Shown piece after piece: positions 61,582 to 64,000 of a DNA stretch of 64,000 nt. The translations under genes and the position numbers were made by a program. Position 1 is the stretch's first letter, and the number at the start of each line of letters is the position of its first letter. The notes beneath the pieces are model-generated. The model ran no database searches. It was not told where the DNA came from and worked only from the letters and a program-made list of their open reading frames with translations. This stretch comes from Eledone cirrhosa (Eukaryota): assembly GCA_964016885.1 (NCBI GenBank), contig OZ024753.1:32302001-32366000 (forward strand). Reading direction: 5' to 3'.

Positions 61582-63700
61582 TGCCTTACCAAAAACATAG
61601 TCTACGACTGTAAGGTCTCCACTCCTGATAGAACCTTTAGGTATGTTGGGGCAACTGCCACGGAATTTAAGGATAGATTGTATAATCACCGCCATACCTT
61701 TAATAGATTAGATAAGAAACATAGCACGGCACTTTCGGAATTAGTCTGGAAGCTTAAACTTCAGAATATAGAGCACCCCTTATCCTGGTCCATAGTTTGT
61801 TCAGCCCAACCTTATAACGGCAGCACTGGCGTCTGCAATTTATGTATAGCTGAAACTTTCAATATTATTAGAGGCGGCCCCCTATGAATTAATAGAAAAG
61901 CAGATTTTTTCCACAACTGTCAACATAGACCCTCGAAAACCTTCCGCAGGATTTTTGGAAGGTAACCTACCAATAACTCCTCCCTCTCTACTTTAGCCCT
62001 AGAGTCCTCTCAATAAACGGACAGTCACACACTTAGGTAGTTAGACGGCTAAGATTGTTTGCGCACTTGCAAAGATACTCGACATGTTTTCACGGAGTTC
62101 TCATAGCTGAGTGCTCTCTTTAGAAGACCTAGCTAGTAAATAGTTAGATTGATTACACACTTAGTTAGGACCGATTACGCTCCCTATACATAGCTCTACA
62201 CACAGTACCCGCTTCCTTTAGACATTGAGCTCCCACATTTCCGAATGTCACGTTCCTACCGACTGAACACTACACCAGGTTTTGATGCATGATCATATAA
62301 CCATGGAGCACTCACTGTTACGGATTGAACAATGATACTGACACACCATTAATGGACCTACACACATCCTCTGGTTTTCACTGTCCTGTATTTTCTTACT
62401 TCACCTTCTATGCTGAATAACACACCTCCACCACTCAAACAACTATCTTAAAAGCTCATTGGCCCATGTGGCGGGAGATCGTACTTGCGGACTCATTTAC
62501 CCTATACCCAACCCTACATAGAGCCCTTTGCCGGCCCACATTGCAGTTGCTTGCACGCACGGATTTGGTGATTCTGATTCTCAACTGGACCACGGTACAC
62601 AAGGAGTTCGACATGAGCTGATTGCTTGCTCTTCACATGGATGTGTATATACCCGGACTCCCCGCCCCACCACCCATTTTGGACGATTCGGATGTGTGTA
62701 TACCTTTTACCATAACACACACTTGAATATATGGATGTTACAACTGGATCTATACGCGTATAGCAGAACACTGAATTGAAATTACTTGCGCTCACGCGCG
62801 TGTGTGTGTGTGTGTAGCGTTGGTTAACCCAATATCTTCAATCTACATCGTCAAATTGAGCTTTTCACATTGATGTGTATATACCCGGACTTCCCCCCTC
62901 CTCCTCCCACACGCACACATTTTTTGGACGATTGGGATGTTTATATACCATTTACCATAACACACACTTGAAGATATTGATGTTGAAATTGGATCTGTAC
63001 ACGTACAGCAGAACATTGAACTGAACTTACTCGCACGCACGCGCTTGTGTCTGTGTGTATGTGTGTGTAGCGTTGGTTAACCTAATATTTCCGATTTACA
63101 TCGTCAAATTGAGATTTGACCGACATAACTTCTGTTGCTTTGCGAACTAACTTTTCGGTGATTGCTGTGTTGGTACATTCTTATATGTGCTTTTTCTCGA
63201 ATATCGCTTCGGTGTGTGTTGGGGTGTGTGTGTACCCACCCACGCTAATTCTGCGGGTTTAATACTGTGTTGATGTGTGTATATATATGTATTTATTTTT
63301 ATGTTTATTTTTATTTTTATTTTTATTTTTATTTGACCTCGAGCCGATGTATGCGGGTGTGGAGTGTGTGTGTACCCACTCACTTCTAACTGTGACTGAC
63401 TGTATCCCTACGGATCTGTTTGATGTCCAGCGTCTTTTGCAGCGATGGAAGTCTGAAACCTTTTATGACCTCAACTAAAGCTAACAGCAGTCGCCTTGTC
63501 TCTGACTGACTGGGGTGTCTCCAGGAAACATCGATATTTTTTCTCCCTCATATCAAGAATTTGAAGACAATTCATTTTCACCTGATGAGATCAGTGATAA
63601 TCGATCGTGGCTTCACAATCGATCTATCTCTTATTGAAACATGTGTCGTGATTAAATGATTGGAATTTTACCTTGCCTTCAGATTTTCATTTTGATAAAT
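61582..63700 (+). mobile_element. 5'-truncated Naiad-like PLE (GIY-YIG remnant 61582-61965, ~1.7-kb 3' UTR, terminal HHR)
   Basis: One frame reads [12 protein letters not shown]...YVGATATEFKDRLYNH...CNLCIAE...GGPL*INRKADFFHNCQHR. The UTR holds a ~235-nt imperfect tandem duplication (about 62636-63113). Flanked by (TA)n. Confidence 0.88.
63568..63662 (+). ncRNA. Canonical type I hammerhead ribozyme
   Basis: caattcattt-tcac CTGATGA (63582-63588) [gata-atcgat-cgtg-gctt-cac-aatcgat-ctatc hairpin] GAAAC ATGT GTC gtga-tt-aaatgattg. GUC triplet at 63645-63647. Confidence 0.85.
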
Positions 63701-63730
63701 ATATATATATATATTTATATATACATATAA

Positions 63731-63779
<49 letters not shown>

Positions 63780-63853
63780 CATATATATATATATAAATAT
63801 ATATAATTATATATATATATATAATTATATATATATATATATATAAATATATA

Positions 63854-63895
<42 letters not shown>

Positions 63896-64000
63896 CATAT
63901 ATATAAATATAATTATATATATATATTTATATATCCATATATATATATAAATATAATAATATATATATATATTTATATAAACATATATGTATATAAATAT

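Noticed and set aside
62285-62335. SECIS-like ATGA...GA hairpin in a PLE 3' UTR
   Set aside because: Pairing is weak and there is no apical AA at the expected spacing. It needs a dedicated search before any claim.

Overview
Eukaryotic, very AT-rich, microsatellite-saturated genomic DNA. The (TA)n density and repeat families suggest an octopus/coleoid cephalopod, which is an inference. Nearly all listed ORFs are translations of microsatellites. The only host coding sequence I can support is two in-phase minus-strand exons (11940-12135 and 3663-3798) of a natriuretic-peptide-receptor-like (receptor guanylyl cyclase family) gene, so most of the window is probably intron. The window is packed with mobile DNA: one apparently intact Penelope-like element (PLE; 737-aa RT + GIY-YIG, Naiad-like) with direct and inverted pseudo-LTRs, three truncated PLEs, RTE and CR1-type LINE fragments, mariner and Tc1/maT relics, and many tRNA-derived SINEs. 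The main hidden signal is a dense set of type I hammerhead ribozyme (HHR) motifs: about 10 sequence families and roughly 20 full or partial copies on both strands. They include non-canonical catalytic cores (U3-A8 covariant, U4A, U4C) and very long stem II inserts. Many sit in tiny ORF-less fold-back inserts inside (TA)n tracts, and the inversion points fall within the ribozyme itself. All structures were read by eye and none has been tested for activity.
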